From Candidatus Latescibacterota bacterium (GTDB taxonomy: Bacteria > Latescibacterota > UBA2968), in assembly GCA_965198115.1 (NCBI GenBank), contig OZ240241.1:4704001-4768000 (forward strand): a DNA stretch of 64,000 nt, given 5' to 3'. Positions within the stretch are counted from its first letter, which is position 1. Every line of letters begins with the position of its first letter. Below are positions 31,261-41,972 of this stretch, piece by piece. The notes beneath the pieces were generated by a model. The model ran no database searches. It saw nothing but the letters and a program-made list of their open reading frames with translations, and was not told the origin of the DNA. Both the position numbers and the translations under genes were made by a program.

Positions 31261-32004
31261 GTGAAAATCATCATCGTTACAGGTGGTAGCCGGGGCATCG
31301 GCGCAGCGACTTCGCGGCTCGCCGGCGAACGTGGCTACTCGGTTGGAGTCAACTATCGCGAAAACGCAGAGGCGGCGAATCAGGTCGTCGATGAAATCGA
31401 GAAAAACGGAGGAAAGGCCGTCGCGGTCCAAGCCGACGTCTCAATGGAAACGGATGTCGTACGGATGTTTGAAACGGTGGATGCTGAACTCGGCACGCCG
31501 ACGGCGCTCGTCAACAACGCGGCGATCCTCGGCCCGCGTGCACGGGTGGAGGAGCTCGATGCCGAACGCATCGATCGCGTCTTTGCGGTCAACGTGAAGG
31601 GGAGCTTTCTCTGTGCGAGGGAAGCGGTACGAAGGATGTCGACCCGAAATGATGGTGAGGGGGGCGCCATCGTCAACGTCTCGTCGGGCGCTTCGACTTT
31701 TGGATCGCCGAACACCTATGTCGACTACGCTGCAACCAAAGGGGTAATCGACACACTGACGATCGGCCTCGCCAAAGAGGTCGCCGACGAAGGCATTCGC
31801 GTGAACGGCGTCCGTCCCGGTTTCATCTACACGGACATCCACGCAACATTCGGCGAACCCGACCGCGTCGACCGAATGGCGAAAACCGTTCCGATGAAGC
31901 GGGGCGGGCAACCGGAGGAAATCGCCAGCGCCATCCTGTGGCTGCTGTCAGATGAAGCGTCCTACACGACCGGCGCGATCCTTGACGTAGGAGGCGGAAC
32001 GTAG
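31261..32004 (+). CDS. Short-chain dehydrogenase/reductase
   Basis: TGGSRGIG, LVNNA, YAATK motifs. Confidence 0.95.
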   Translation: MKIIIVTGGSRGIGAATSRLAGERGYSVGVNYRENAEAANQVVDEIEKNGGKAVAVQADVSMETDVVRMFETVDAELGTPTALVNNAAILGPRARVEELDAERIDRVFAVNVKGSFLCAREAVRRMSTRNDGEGGAIVNVSSGASTFGSPNTYVDYAATKGVIDTLTIGLAKEVADEGIRVNGVRPGFIYTDIHATFGEPDRVDRMAKTVPMKRGGQPEEIASAILWLLSDEASYTTGAILDVGGGT

Positions 32005-32144
32005 AAGCTTGGTGGGACGCGTCTGACAATTTCGTGAGCTCGAACGCGAACCGTCGTTTGCCCCGGTGTGTATCCCGAGCGAAATCGAGGGGCCCACCTC
32101 TTTGGTTACTGGTCAATGGTCATTGCGTCCTGTTCTCCGCGGCT

Positions 32145-32936
32145 TTAGCGGACGCAACCTTCGTAGCTCTCCCCACTGATCGGATAGTACTCCGGCCCCT
32201 CGCCATCCCCCGTAAACGTCGACTTCGCTGACATATATGACAACGCAATCGCGCGACGCCAGTTGTCTGATAGGTTCGGCGCCGTGTAGTGGGGCAGTAG
32301 GGAATGAAAAAAGAGCCCACCACCCGCCTGGACCGGCGCCAGCACCATATCGTCGAAGCTGTAATGATCCTCATCGACAACGAAGTCGTCTGTCACGCGC
32401 ACGTGTGGCAGGGGTCCGCGCTTGTGGGCGCCCGGCAAGACGCCCATACAGCCATTCTGCTCCGTCGCTGTGTCGACGGCGTACCAACACGAGCAGAGAT
32501 TCATCGGCGCGATCGACCAGTAGGGCGAGTCCTGATGCATTCCCTTCTGTGATCCTACCTCCGGTGGCTTCAGAAGCATCGCGTTCCGGAACATCTTGAT
32601 GTCCGGCCCCAGAATCTGCTGAATCACGCCGACGATGTTCGGATGCTTCCCCAACCCGTTGTAGAGATCGTCCCCTTCGACCAGTCCGTCGATCTTCCGA
32701 ATCCCGTCACCCGGATGGTCGACCCTCATCTCTCCGCGTTTTACCCGCGGCTCCACCTGAATCCTCAGCTTTTCCGTCGCACGATCCCCGTGCGTATATT
32801 GCCGCAAGCGATCCTGTAGTGCGGTCACTTCTTCAGGCGTCAGAAGATTCTCCACAATCGCAAAGCCATCCCGGTCGTAGGCTTCCAACTCATCATCCGT
32901 CAACGGCCGAGGTTCTTCGAGTCTAACCATCGTCAT
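32145..32936 (-). CDS. PhyH family dioxygenase
   Basis: YDRDGF, HQD..YW, NGCM.VLPG.H, PHYT..N.S..RR motifs. Confidence 0.9.
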   Translation of the reverse strand: MTMVRLEEPRPLTDDELEAYDRDGFAIVENLLTPEEVTALQDRLRQYTHGDRATEKLRIQVEPRVKRGEMRVDHPGDGIRKIDGLVEGDDLYNGLGKHPNIVGVIQQILGPDIKMFRNAMLLKPPEVGSQKGMHQDSPYWSIAPMNLCSCWYAVDTATEQNGCMGVLPGAHKRGPLPHVRVTDDFVVDEDHYSFDDMVLAPVQAGGGLFFHSLLPHYTAPNLSDNWRRAIALSYMSAKSTFTGDGEGPEYYPISGESYEGCVR

Positions 32937-33183
32937 TCTCCTTCGGGTGCAAACGGAAACAGGACAGGATCACGTCTTACAGAACATAAAGAATGGCTGG
33001 GCACCATTCTATCAACTCGTGAAAAATTCGATCAAAAGGACCTCGCAAGGGCCCACGCAGCCTCTGTTCGAATTGGCACCGTCAACCGCCCACCGTCCAC
33101 CATCTTCTACTATGGGACGAAGCCGTCACCCCTGTACTCTGTCATCTGAATCCTGACCTCTGAAATCTGACCTTCCAGGTTCT

Positions 33184-34652
33184 ATGCGCATCGCCATCGC
33201 TTCCTTCGGCCAGGAAACCAGCAGCTTCAGCCCCGCCCTCACGACGCTCGACACGTTTCGTCAGTACGGCCTGTATGAGGGACAGGAAGTGCTCAGGCAC
33301 TGTCGGGGCGTGCCCGCTGTCGGCGGCTTTCTGGAGGTTGTCGACGAAACGATCGATTGGGAACCCGTGCCCATCATCCACGGATGGGCGGGCGCCCACG
33401 GACCGCTCACACCCGACACCCTCGCCTTCTTCCACGACAAAACCGTCTCCGGTCTGCAGTCAGCGGGCAAAATCGACGTGCTTTACTTCGCCCTCCACGG
33501 CGCCGGCGAAGCGCAGAACGAACCGGATACGGAGGGTCACCTTATAGAGGCCGCGCGAGCCGTCGTCGGGCCCGACGTCCCCATCGTCATCTCACTCGAT
33601 CACCACGCCAACCTGACCGAACGGATGATGCGAAATTGCGACGCCCTCGTCGCGCATCGCACGCAGCCCCACGACCAGCCCGACACGGGTCGGCTCGCCG
33701 GAGAGATGCTCGTCGACATCGTCCGGGGCAACGTCGTGCCCACGATGGCCTACCGGAAGATTCCCCTCATTACTCATCAGGAACAGTTTCTCACATCCCG
33801 TGGGCCGATGAAGGAATGGTTCGACCTCGCCTGTAACATCGAAACACGCGATGGCGTCGTCTCCGCTTCCAACTTTCCGATGCAGCCCTGGCTCGACGTT
33901 CCCGAAGGTGGCTGGGCAACCGCCGTCGTCACGAATGGTGATCAGGTCTCGCAGAACGATGCGCCGAAGAACTCGCGCGAAAGGCGTGGGATCTGCGCGA
34001 AGCTTTCGTGGTGCAGGAATCCATTCCACCGGCAGAAGCAGTCCGACGCGCGGAAGCCGCCGCGAAGGGACTCGTCATCCTCTCCGACACGGGGGACAGC
34101 GTCTTCGGCGGTGCAACAGGCGACAGCACGTGCCTCCTGGCCGAAATGCTCGAACAGAACATCCAGTCCATCACCCTCGTTCCGATGACGGACGCAGCCG
34201 CCGTCACAAAGGCCGTCGAGGCCGGAGTCGGGGCCACCATCACCGTCTCACTCGGCGGCAAGCTGGACACGAACTTCTATCGCCCCGTCGACGTCACGGC
34301 CACCGTGGCCGCTATCGGCGGCGGGCGAATCGACGTCGAGGTCACCAGCCACGGCTCTTTCGATATGGGCCGCGCCGTCCTGCTCGAAGCGGGCCCCATC
34401 CATATCGCAGTCAGCGAACAACGGGATATCGGTGGCAACCATCCTATCGTCTATGAGCATTTCGGCCTCGACATCGCCGACGCCAAAATCGCCGTCCTCA
34501 AAACTGCCAGCAACTGGCAGTACTACGCGCCGTGGACGAGCGAGATCATCCGCGCCGACACGCCCGGCGCGACGATGAGCAACATCGCCGGCTTCGACTG
34601 GAAGCACCTCCCGCGCCCCATCTATCCCCTCGACCCCTATACGAGATTCTAA
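33184..34652 (+). CDS. M81 family metallopeptidase (MlrC-like), frameshift near 33945
   Basis: QETSSF, LHGA, LDHHAN, RTQPH, then LSDTGD..GG..GD in ORF 34008-34652. Confidence 0.88.
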
Positions 34653-34679
34653 GAGCCTGCACCAATCGCACCTTTGCCA

Positions 34680-34769
34680 CCGTTCATCCTGAGTGATCTC
34701 CGAGTGCAACAAACTTGTGCGTAGCTGCACTGTGTAGACACAGAGAAGATCGTATCGAAGGGCGAACGG
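34680..34769. repeat. CCTGAG..TCGAAGG-type palindromic repeat with internal cargo
   Basis: CCGTTC..GAACGG outer IR around ATCCTGAGT..GTATCGAAGG core. Confidence 0.6.
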
Positions 34770-34775
34770 TGCCCA

Positions 34776-36905
34776 TCACCGTCCTTCTGAACGCGCAGCC
34801 CTTTCTATCTTGTCTAAAAGCTCCCGCGCTCGAACATCGTTCGGGCGTCTCTCCAGAATCTTCCGAGCAAATCGATCCGCATCCGAGAAGCGACCCTCGG
34901 ACAGATGAATCATCGCCAGGTTGCCGAGTGCCGGTACGAACGAAGGATCAAGTTCCAGTAACCGATTGAACCTCGCCGTCGCCTCATCGATCCGCCCTTC
35001 CGCTAGATCCACGGTACCCAGATTCTGCAGCGCCATCTTGTGATCCGGATCGAACCGCAAGGCAGTCTCGAGATACTTCCTGGCCGTTGCCCGATCTTCG
35101 ACCTGGAAAGCATAAATATCGCCCAGGTTGTTCAGGGCCGCCACATCGTCAGGCAGCAGACGGACGGCCCGTTCGTAGGCGACGATCGCAGCATCGATAT
35201 GTCCCTGCGCGGATAGGACGTTCCCCAGATTGTTGTTGGCGACCACATAGCCCGGGGCGATGTCGATCGCTTTCACATACGCCTGTCGGCTCGGCTCCAA
35301 CTTGCCCAGTCTTTGCAGTCCGAGACCCAGGTGAAACCAGGCGAGCGCATCCGCGGGGTCGAGGTCGATCACGCGTTCGAACGCCACCACAGCGTCCTCG
35401 ATCCGCCCAACGTGGAGCAAGGCCTTCCCCAGGTAGTAACGACCCTGGGTGTCGTCGGGAAACGCCCTCAAACCGGTTTCCAGAGCCTGTATCCCTTTTC
35501 TCAGATACGTCGGATGCGCGTGCTTGGCCTCGTAGTAGCGCACGTAGGCCATCCCTTCCTGGAGATCGTCTTCGGCGAGTGCCAACGAGTCTGTTGCTAT
35601 CTCGAACATACCCCAGTAGGACGTGAGTATCGCGACGTTCCCCATCGTACGCGAACGCGCCTCCGCCACGGACACCGACAGAGGCTCGGGATGCGCCCGA
35701 ATCCAATGATCCGTGAAGTTGACGTGCAGAATGTTCGACGTTTCACCCTGGCGCATATGGCAGGCCACACAATCTGAGCCGGCGGAGTGATCCACGCCGA
35801 TGGTCGAAGTCGAAAGCGCATCGCTCGGATGGCAGGACCCACACGCTTGACGATACTGTGCCCTGGTCGTCTCACCCGGCGGACGATGCGGGTCGTCACA
35901 CGTCGTGCAAACCATCTCCCGATTCGACGCCCGGTAGCATCGGCTCATCATCATCCGCTCTCCGTGACTCGCGATCCCGAAGTCTCCCGTCACACTGAGC
36001 GGAGCCTGTCCTGAGCGGAGTCGAAGGGTCGAAGTGTCGGCGTCACGAACGAACACGCTCCGGACATCACCCAGCCGCATCCCGGGTCTGAAGGCCGTTT
36101 CCGAGTGGTCGTGCACGAGCGCTGACATCGCGCCCTGGAGGTGGCATTGCAGGCACACATCGACCTGCCGCGCCTTCGACAGATGCGCCGGATTCACGAT
36201 CGACGGATCGTAGGCCTCTGAGCGCGCGTCCTCTTTCTCACCGTAGTGACGATTGATGTGAAGCTGCCCCGGTCCGTGGCATCGCTGACACCCGATCCCT
36301 TCCGGCACGGTCGGGTATCGGTGCTCCGAAGCAACATTCGATGGTGCATAACTGTTGTGACAGTTCATACACTCCGGGACAATCGGCCGCCCGAACCGCA
36401 GGTTCCTCTCGTGATACCCTGGACTCAAGTCCCAGACGCCCTTTTGCGTGTACCACGTCAGCGGCATTTCATACAAGAACCCGTTCTGGCTACGGATGTA
36501 GGAGCGGTTGTGATTCCCGGAGCCGATGATGTAATCGACTCTGTACTCCAATTCGTGAACCACCCTTCCGTCCCCGTCGGTCCGAAACTCCCTTTGGTAC
36601 AAACCGTCCGCCCGTCGCAGGGGAACGTAGTGGAGATCGAGTGACGGATCGTAGATCGGGTCGATCCCATAGTCCTCGATCACAGGGGCAGTCGTCGCAT
36701 CGTAGAACGATCGTCGCATCCCCGACCGCTCGAACGTCTCCGCGATCTCCGAATGGCAAAACGCACACTCGGAATCGGCCACATAGGCCACGTCAGTCGT
36801 CAGGTTTAAAAGCAACTGCTCAGCGGCCGTCACCGACGAATAACAGAGCCCGCTCGCCACAGCCACGACGATCCAGAGCGTGGGATATGAAATTGGACGT
36901 ATCAT
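34776..36905 (-). CDS. Secreted multiheme cytochrome c (c554-like) with C-terminal TPR repeats
   Basis: Signal-like N-terminus; six CxxCH (CAFCH, CMNCH, CQRCH, CLQCH, CGSCH, CVACH) plus CTTCD; about 7 TPRs. Confidence 0.9.
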   Translation of the reverse strand: MIRPISYPTLWIVVAVASGLCYSSVTAAEQLLLNLTTDVAYVADSECAFCHSEIAETFERSGMRRSFYDATTAPVIEDYGIDPIYDPSLDLHYVPLRRADGLYQREFRTDGDGRVVHELEYRVDYIIGSGNHNRSYIRSQNGFLYEMPLTWYTQKGVWDLSPGYHERNLRFGRPIVPECMNCHNSYAPSNVASEHRYPTVPEGIGCQRCHGPGQLHINRHYGEKEDARSEAYDPSIVNPAHLSKARQVDVCLQCHLQGAMSALVHDHSETAFRPGMRLGDVRSVFVRDADTSTLRLRSGQAPLSVTGDFGIASHGERMMMSRCYRASNREMVCTTCDDPHRPPGETTRAQYRQACGSCHPSDALSTSTIGVDHSAGSDCVACHMRQGETSNILHVNFTDHWIRAHPEPLSVSVAEARSRTMGNVAILTSYWGMFEIATDSLALAEDDLQEGMAYVRYYEAKHAHPTYLRKGIQALETGLRAFPDDTQGRYYLGKALLHVGRIEDAVVAFERVIDLDPADALAWFHLGLGLQRLGKLEPSRQAYVKAIDIAPGYVVANNNLGNVLSAQGHIDAAIVAYERAVRLLPDDVAALNNLGDIYAFQVEDRATARKYLETALRFDPDHKMALQNLGTVDLAEGRIDEATARFNRLLELDPSFVPALGNLAMIHLSEGRFSDADRFARKILERRPNDVRARELLDKIERAARSEGR
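35987..36040. repeat. Nested CGTC-type palindromic repeat, in frame within CDS
   Basis: 30 bp identical to the reverse complement of 45943-45972, split by a 24-bp related unit at 36004-36027. Confidence 0.8.
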
Positions 36906-37068
36906 CGTTCGAGTAATAGTATGACATCCGGGAAGGGAACGAAGGAAGTGATCGTTCTCCGCCCGGGCCCAGCACTTCGGGATGGCTTTCAGATCGACGC
37001 ACCCCGCAGGCTGATCAGCCGGTATTCTCAGTGCCCTCAGTGTGCTCAGTGGCTGCCTCGGTCTTTCT

Positions 37069-37521
37069 ATGACAATCTACATCGACGCCGACGCCTTTCC
37101 CCGCCCACTACGTGACATCTTGCTCCGTGCGTCAAGGCGTTTATCCATCCCCGTCACCTTCGTAGCCAACCGATACATCCGGCTTCCCGAATCGGACCTC
37201 CTCACGTGTGTCGTCGCACCCGAGGGTCCCGACCAGGCCGATGACAGGATCGCCGAGCTGGCCTTGGAAGGAGACCTCGTCATCACCGCCGACGTCCCCC
37301 TCGCCGATCGCGTGATCGCTAAGGGAGCGAACGCACTCGACCCACGTGGCACTCTCTACACACCGGACAACATCAAAGAGCGGCTCGCCACCCGAGACCT
37401 GCTGTCCGACCTCCGCGATACGGGCCTGGTTACGGGCGGCCCAGCGGCCTTCAACCCCAAGGACGTGCAGTCCTTCGCCGACGGACTTAATCGATTTTTG
37501 TCCACGATGAGATTCGGTTAG
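37069..37521 (+). CDS. yaiI: YaiI/YqxD (UPF0178) family protein
   Basis: IYIDADAFP, VAN, ADD.I, GDLVITADVPLA, PRG motifs. Confidence 0.92.
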   Translation: MTIYIDADAFPRPLRDILLRASRRLSIPVTFVANRYIRLPESDLLTCVVAPEGPDQADDRIAELALEGDLVITADVPLADRVIAKGANALDPRGTLYTPDNIKERLATRDLLSDLRDTGLVTGGPAAFNPKDVQSFADGLNRFLSTMRFG

Positions 37522-37647
37522 CGGGGATCCAAGGCAGTTGCTTTTCTGACCCCGAAGGGATCGAGTCCCTCAGCCCAGTTTTCCAAGGATTCGGTGAACC
37601 CTTGGCTCGGTGACAACCCCTCCGTGTTGCCCGCAATGACCAATATG

Positions 37648-37679
37648 AAAAAGCCCGCCAGGATTCGCTCCTGACGGGC
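37648..37679 (-). terminator. Intrinsic terminator of the helicase gene
   Basis: 11-bp stem GCCCGTCAGGA/TCCTGGCGGGC followed by T5 on the minus strand. Confidence 0.8.
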
Positions 37680-37702
37680 CTCCTTAGATCTTCGGCGTTA
37701 GG

Positions 37703-39010
37703 TTACCGACTGGTTCTTCGTCCTCTTCCGTATCGTGGCGTTGGCGGGGCGGTCTTTTCCACTTCCTGCTGTCGACCACGCCCATTCCTGACGGCCCGAC
37801 TTCGCACCTTGCCATTCGTCTTCGGACCCCGTGATTTCGGTGCCGGTCTGACCATCTGCATCGTCGCGATGGCCTCACAGTGAAACCGATGATCGTTGTG
37901 ACACGTCAGCGGGATTCGTGTCAGTTTCTCGATGTCCCTCAGGAGCGGCACCTCATCGTGCGCGCAGAAGGACAATGCCACCCCCGATGCGCCTGCCCGA
38001 GCCGTTCGCCCGATTCTGTGAACATAGCTTTCGGGTTCATTCGGAAGCTCATAGTTGATGACGTGCGTGATGCCTTCGACATCGATACCCCGCGCCACGA
38101 TATCCGTCGCGACCAACACCTTCGTGTGGCCGAGGTGGAACGACGCCAACGCCTTCTGCCGGGCGCCCTGCGTCTTGTTCCCGTGGATCGCATCGGCCTT
38201 AATTCCCTTCCGCGACAGCTGAGCCGACAGTCGGTTGGCCTTATGCTTCGTGCGTGTGAAAACGAGTGCTCGACTGAAATCCAACGTCCCCAACACATCG
38301 GTAAGCAGGGCACGCTTGTCCGACTGGTCCACGAACATCACCTTCTGGTCGATCGAGCCCACGACGGTCGCTGGCGGAGCCACCTCGACCCAAACCGGAT
38401 CGTCGAGCATCCCCGAGGCCAGGTCGATGATCTCCCTCGGCAGAGTCGCCGAGAAGAGCATCGTCTGACGTTTCTTGGGAGTCGCGGATACGATTCGTCG
38501 AACATCCTGAACGAACCCCATATCCAGCATTCGGTCCGCCTCGTCCAAAACGAGTATTTCGACACGGTCGAGTCGAACGACTTTCTGACCCATCAGGTCC
38601 AGCAGTCGCCCCGGAGTCGACACAAGAATGTCCGGATCTTTGCGAAGACGCTTGATCTGCGCCCCCATCGGAACACCGCCCATCACGCATTCCGTATTCA
38701 GCGCGATGTGGCGACCATACGCGCGGAAGCTGTCCTGCACCTGCAGCGCTAGTTCGCGCGTCGGCGCCAGGATCAGTCCGCGTATGAATCGCTTGCCCTT
38801 CGACCCTCGCTCACCCAGTGTGTGCAGCATCGGAAGTGAAAAAGCGGCCGTCTTTCCCGTGCCTGTCTGGGCGGTGCCCAGCACATCGCGACCCTGCAGG
38901 ACCGCAGGAATGGCGTCGGCCTGAATGGGCGTCGGCTCTGTATAGCCCTCGTCCTTCAATGCCTGGAGGATAGACGGGTGCAGCTGTAGATCTGAAAACT
39001 TGGTACTCAT
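37703..39010 (-). CDS. rhlE: DEAD-box ATP-dependent RNA helicase, RhlE-like
   Basis: Q motif, AQTGTGKT, PTRELA, TPGRL, DEAD, SAT, ARGID, HRIGRTAR; basic C-tail. Confidence 0.93.
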   Translation of the reverse strand: MSTKFSDLQLHPSILQALKDEGYTEPTPIQADAIPAVLQGRDVLGTAQTGTGKTAAFSLPMLHTLGERGSKGKRFIRGLILAPTRELALQVQDSFRAYGRHIALNTECVMGGVPMGAQIKRLRKDPDILVSTPGRLLDLMGQKVVRLDRVEILVLDEADRMLDMGFVQDVRRIVSATPKKRQTMLFSATLPREIIDLASGMLDDPVWVEVAPPATVVGSIDQKVMFVDQSDKRALLTDVLGTLDFSRALVFTRTKHKANRLSAQLSRKGIKADAIHGNKTQGARQKALASFHLGHTKVLVATDIVARGIDVEGITHVINYELPNEPESYVHRIGRTARAGASGVALSFCAHDEVPLLRDIEKLTRIPLTCHNDHRFHCEAIATMQMVRPAPKSRGPKTNGKVRSRAVRNGRGRQQEVEKTAPPTPRYGRGRRTSR

Positions 39011-39160
39011 ACTTCTCCTGTCTTGGATAGACCCCTCGGGGCTATCTCGTGCCCGAGACTAACGGCGGCTTTCTCTCGTGCGGGTTCTGACAGGACCTGA
39101 AGCGAGGAACGACGCAGGAAATCTTCGGAGGTAAAAAGGTGGGTTACTTAACTTGGCCAT

Positions 39161-39189
39161 AACCTACAGATAAATCGTGGTTTAGACAA
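39161..39189 (-). promoter_or_regulatory. Putative sigma-70 promoter of helicase
   Basis: TTGTCT-N17-TAGGTT on the minus strand. Confidence 0.45.
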
Positions 39190-39257
39190 GGGGTGTTTGC
39201 AACTTTTCCGGATCCGGGCGATGTCCTACCTTGGGTGAACCTCGAAGGATAGTGGCT

Positions 39258-39920
39258 ATGAACCGATTATCGTCCTCGAAACGGCCTTGCATTTTCGCGA
39301 TTTACGGCCTCGTATCCACCGTAGTGATGTTCGGGACAGCTTCGGGACAGCCCGGGCCCGCACGACAGCCGCCGAACCCAGTCCGGCATCCCTTGCTCGT
39401 TGCCCGTCAGACCTTTTACGATGCGGTCGAAAACAAGCAGCTGATCGACGTCGGCGTCGAGAGATTCGAGCGCCTAGCGGAGTCGGACCCCGATCTGGCC
39501 GTGCGGGCAAGTGCCTATCTGGGATCCCTCAAGGGGCTCAGGGCGAAACACGCGATCTTCCCGCTGAGCAAGATCATCTGGGTACGGCGGGCACTCAGGC
39601 AGCTCGATGCCGCACGCGCAGACGCGCCCGACGACCTCGAAGTCGCTTTCTTACGGGGCGTCATCTGTCATCATCTTCCGTTTTTCTACGGACGACGTGG
39701 CGACGCGGTAGCCGATTTTCGATACATCATCGACCGCCTGCCTGATTCACACACCAGGTATGACATCCGAATACTGAACGACATCTTCAACGTCGTCATC
39801 GAAAAATCACGTCTTCGACCGGAAGAAATCTCTGAGGCCGTAAGGCTCCGCGAGGAACTGAACTATCCCAAACTCCCAGCGAAACGGCACGAATTACTGG
39901 CACAACCCCGCACGAACTAA
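39258..39920 (+). CDS. Hypothetical exported helical (TPR-like) protein
   Basis: Hydrophobic N-terminal segment; LDAA..APDDLEV.FLRG..LPFF helix pattern. Confidence 0.65.
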   Translation: MNRLSSSKRPCIFAIYGLVSTVVMFGTASGQPGPARQPPNPVRHPLLVARQTFYDAVENKQLIDVGVERFERLAESDPDLAVRASAYLGSLKGLRAKHAIFPLSKIIWVRRALRQLDAARADAPDDLEVAFLRGVICHHLPFFYGRRGDAVADFRYIIDRLPDSHTRYDIRILNDIFNVVIEKSRLRPEEISEAVRLREELNYPKLPAKRHELLAQPRTN

Positions 39921-40210
39921 CACCCTGTCCCCCGAGGGTGTCTCTATCGATCTTAAAAGTGGCCCCGAGGCCACTTTTGCACCTGGGAATAAGCTCATTT
40001 GTTATAACATACTGTTTAAATTACGCTTACAATGTATATAGTCTTCCTGAACACCGACACCGCCTGCCCGCCGCAGCCCGTAGGGCGAAGGTGGGAACAC
40101 CCACACCCCACTGATATGCCTCTGGCTGTAGCATCGTTCGAAACACTTCGCGCAATCCCCACGTCTGACAGGTGTCGAAACGGATCCGAACCACTGCCCT
40201 GGAGGTAACG

Positions 40211-41018
40211 ATGAAATCTTCAGTCAACGTGTCTCGATTCACCCTAACCCTCTTTCTGCTCCTGACGTTCGGCTGCGCTTCGATCGTCCAATCGAGCGAT
40301 CGCGCCAGCGTCACTCGGGAGGACGAGATTTCGCAATCGGTCGACGGGGCCATCTCCCTCTCGGCGAAAACTCACAACGGATCGATCAAGATTTCCGGCA
40401 CGGACGGTGACGCCATTTTGGTGAAAGCGCTGATCAAAGCCAAGGCACCCCGCCGAACGACCGCAAAGGACCTGCTCTCGCAAACTCGCGTGAAGCTACG
40501 ACGCTCGGGATCGAAATGGGTGGTCGATGTCGAGAGGCCCAAGACAAGGAACAATCAGTCCGTCCACGTCGACGTCGAGGCGCCGAGAGGATTGGCTTAC
40601 GAATTCAAGACCCACAATGGCGGAGCCACCGTCGTCGACGTCGCCAGTGTGAGTGGAACGACGCACAACGGCGGCATCAAAGTGAACGACATCGCCGGTG
40701 CGGTTGCTGTAGAATCCCACAACGGCTCGATTCGCGCTTCCAACCTGGGTGGCGCAATCTCGATCGAGACACACAACGGTTCCGTCACTGTTCAGCTCGA
40801 CGATGTGTCGAGCTCAACCTGCGCGATCGAAACCCACAACGGCAAGATCGATTTCGACGCGCCCGATGACTTCTCCGCCCAGGTAAGCGTCAGAGCCCAC
40901 AATGGAAGCATCACGACCGGTTTTCCCGTTACCGTGGTGGGTACTCGAAGGCACGATCGGCGCCGGTGAAGGACAGCTGAGCCTCAAGACGCACAACGGC
41001 TCTATCAAGATCAGATAG
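40211..41018 (+). CDS. DUF4097/putative adhesin beta-strand repeat lipoprotein (frameshift near 40945)
   Basis: GGAGG RBS, lipobox LTFGC, eight xHNG repeats, the last in a shifted frame ending 41018. Confidence 0.82.
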
Positions 41019-41049
41019 ACGCCACCGAACCCACGGGCCCATCCATTCA

Positions 41050-41074
41050 CGCCGTCGGACTCAGTCCGGCGGCG
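41050..41074 (+). terminator. Hairpin, probable terminator
   Basis: CGCCGTCGGAC-TCA-GTCCGGCGGCG; weak U tract. Confidence 0.5.
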
Positions 41075-41182
41075 TTGCTATATTGGGGATTCTAGAAAGA
41101 AGAAGGTCGACCGATGGGAGCCGCGACTTTCGACATACTACTCACTCGGTGTTTCGTGGTTCCTTGGTGTCTTGGAGTCTTA

Positions 41183-41220
41183 CTTGTCCTGAGTAGCAAC
41201 CGAAGGTTGCGTATCGAAGG
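41183..41220. repeat. CCTGAG..TCGAAGG-type palindromic repeat
   Basis: CTTGTCCTGAGTA-GCAACC GAA GGTTGC-GTATCGAAGG. Confidence 0.65.
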
Positions 41221-41229
41221 GGTGTTCAA

Positions 41230-41969
41230 GTGTCTCTACAATTCTTCACGATCGCCGAACGCCCCGATCTTCGTGATCGCCTGAGCGAAGTCATCGACGC
41301 CGTCTGGCCTGAGTATATGTTTCACGATCCAATCGCGAACAGGAACTGGCCTCGACTGTTCGACGATTTCCCCGAATACCAGACCGTGCTCCTGGACGGC
41401 GAGGCGCTCGCTGGCGTCGGGAATTCGATCCCATTCGCCTGGGATGGTGTGTCCGAGGAACTCCCCGAGGAGGATGGGACTGGGGACTTGAAACGGCGAT
41501 CCGCGACTGGGACTGCGACCGGAAACCAGTCACCCTCCACGGACTCCAGATCGCGATCGCGCCTGAATTCCAGGGCCGGCGGCTCAGTCACCGGTTCGTC
41601 GAACGTCTCCGCAGCCTCGCAGTCGACAACGGGCTTGCTCGACTCATCCTTCCAATCCGTCCCACTCTGAAGCATCGCTATCCCCTCACCCCGATCGATC
41701 GTTACATCACGTGGGAACGGGACGGTGCCCCCTTCGATCCCTGGTTGCGGATCCACGTTCGCGCGGGCGCCCGAATCATCAAGCCGTGCAAGAGAGCGAT
41801 GACCATCCCGGGGACGGTTTCCGAATGGGAAGCCTGGGCTGATATGGCTTTCCCCGAATCGGGCACCTACATCGTGACCGGCGCGCTGGCTCCCATCCAG
41901 ATCGATCGCCAGAACGACACCGGACTCTACATCGAACCGAACGTCTGGATCGAACACCCCCTTCCTTGA
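41230..41969 (+). CDS. GNAT-like acetyltransferase (frameshift near 41470)
   Basis: WPEYMFHD; after the shift one frame reads IAPEFQGRRLS..PIRPTLK.YP..DPWLRIH..YIEPNVW. Confidence 0.8.
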
Positions 41970-41972
41970 GAA

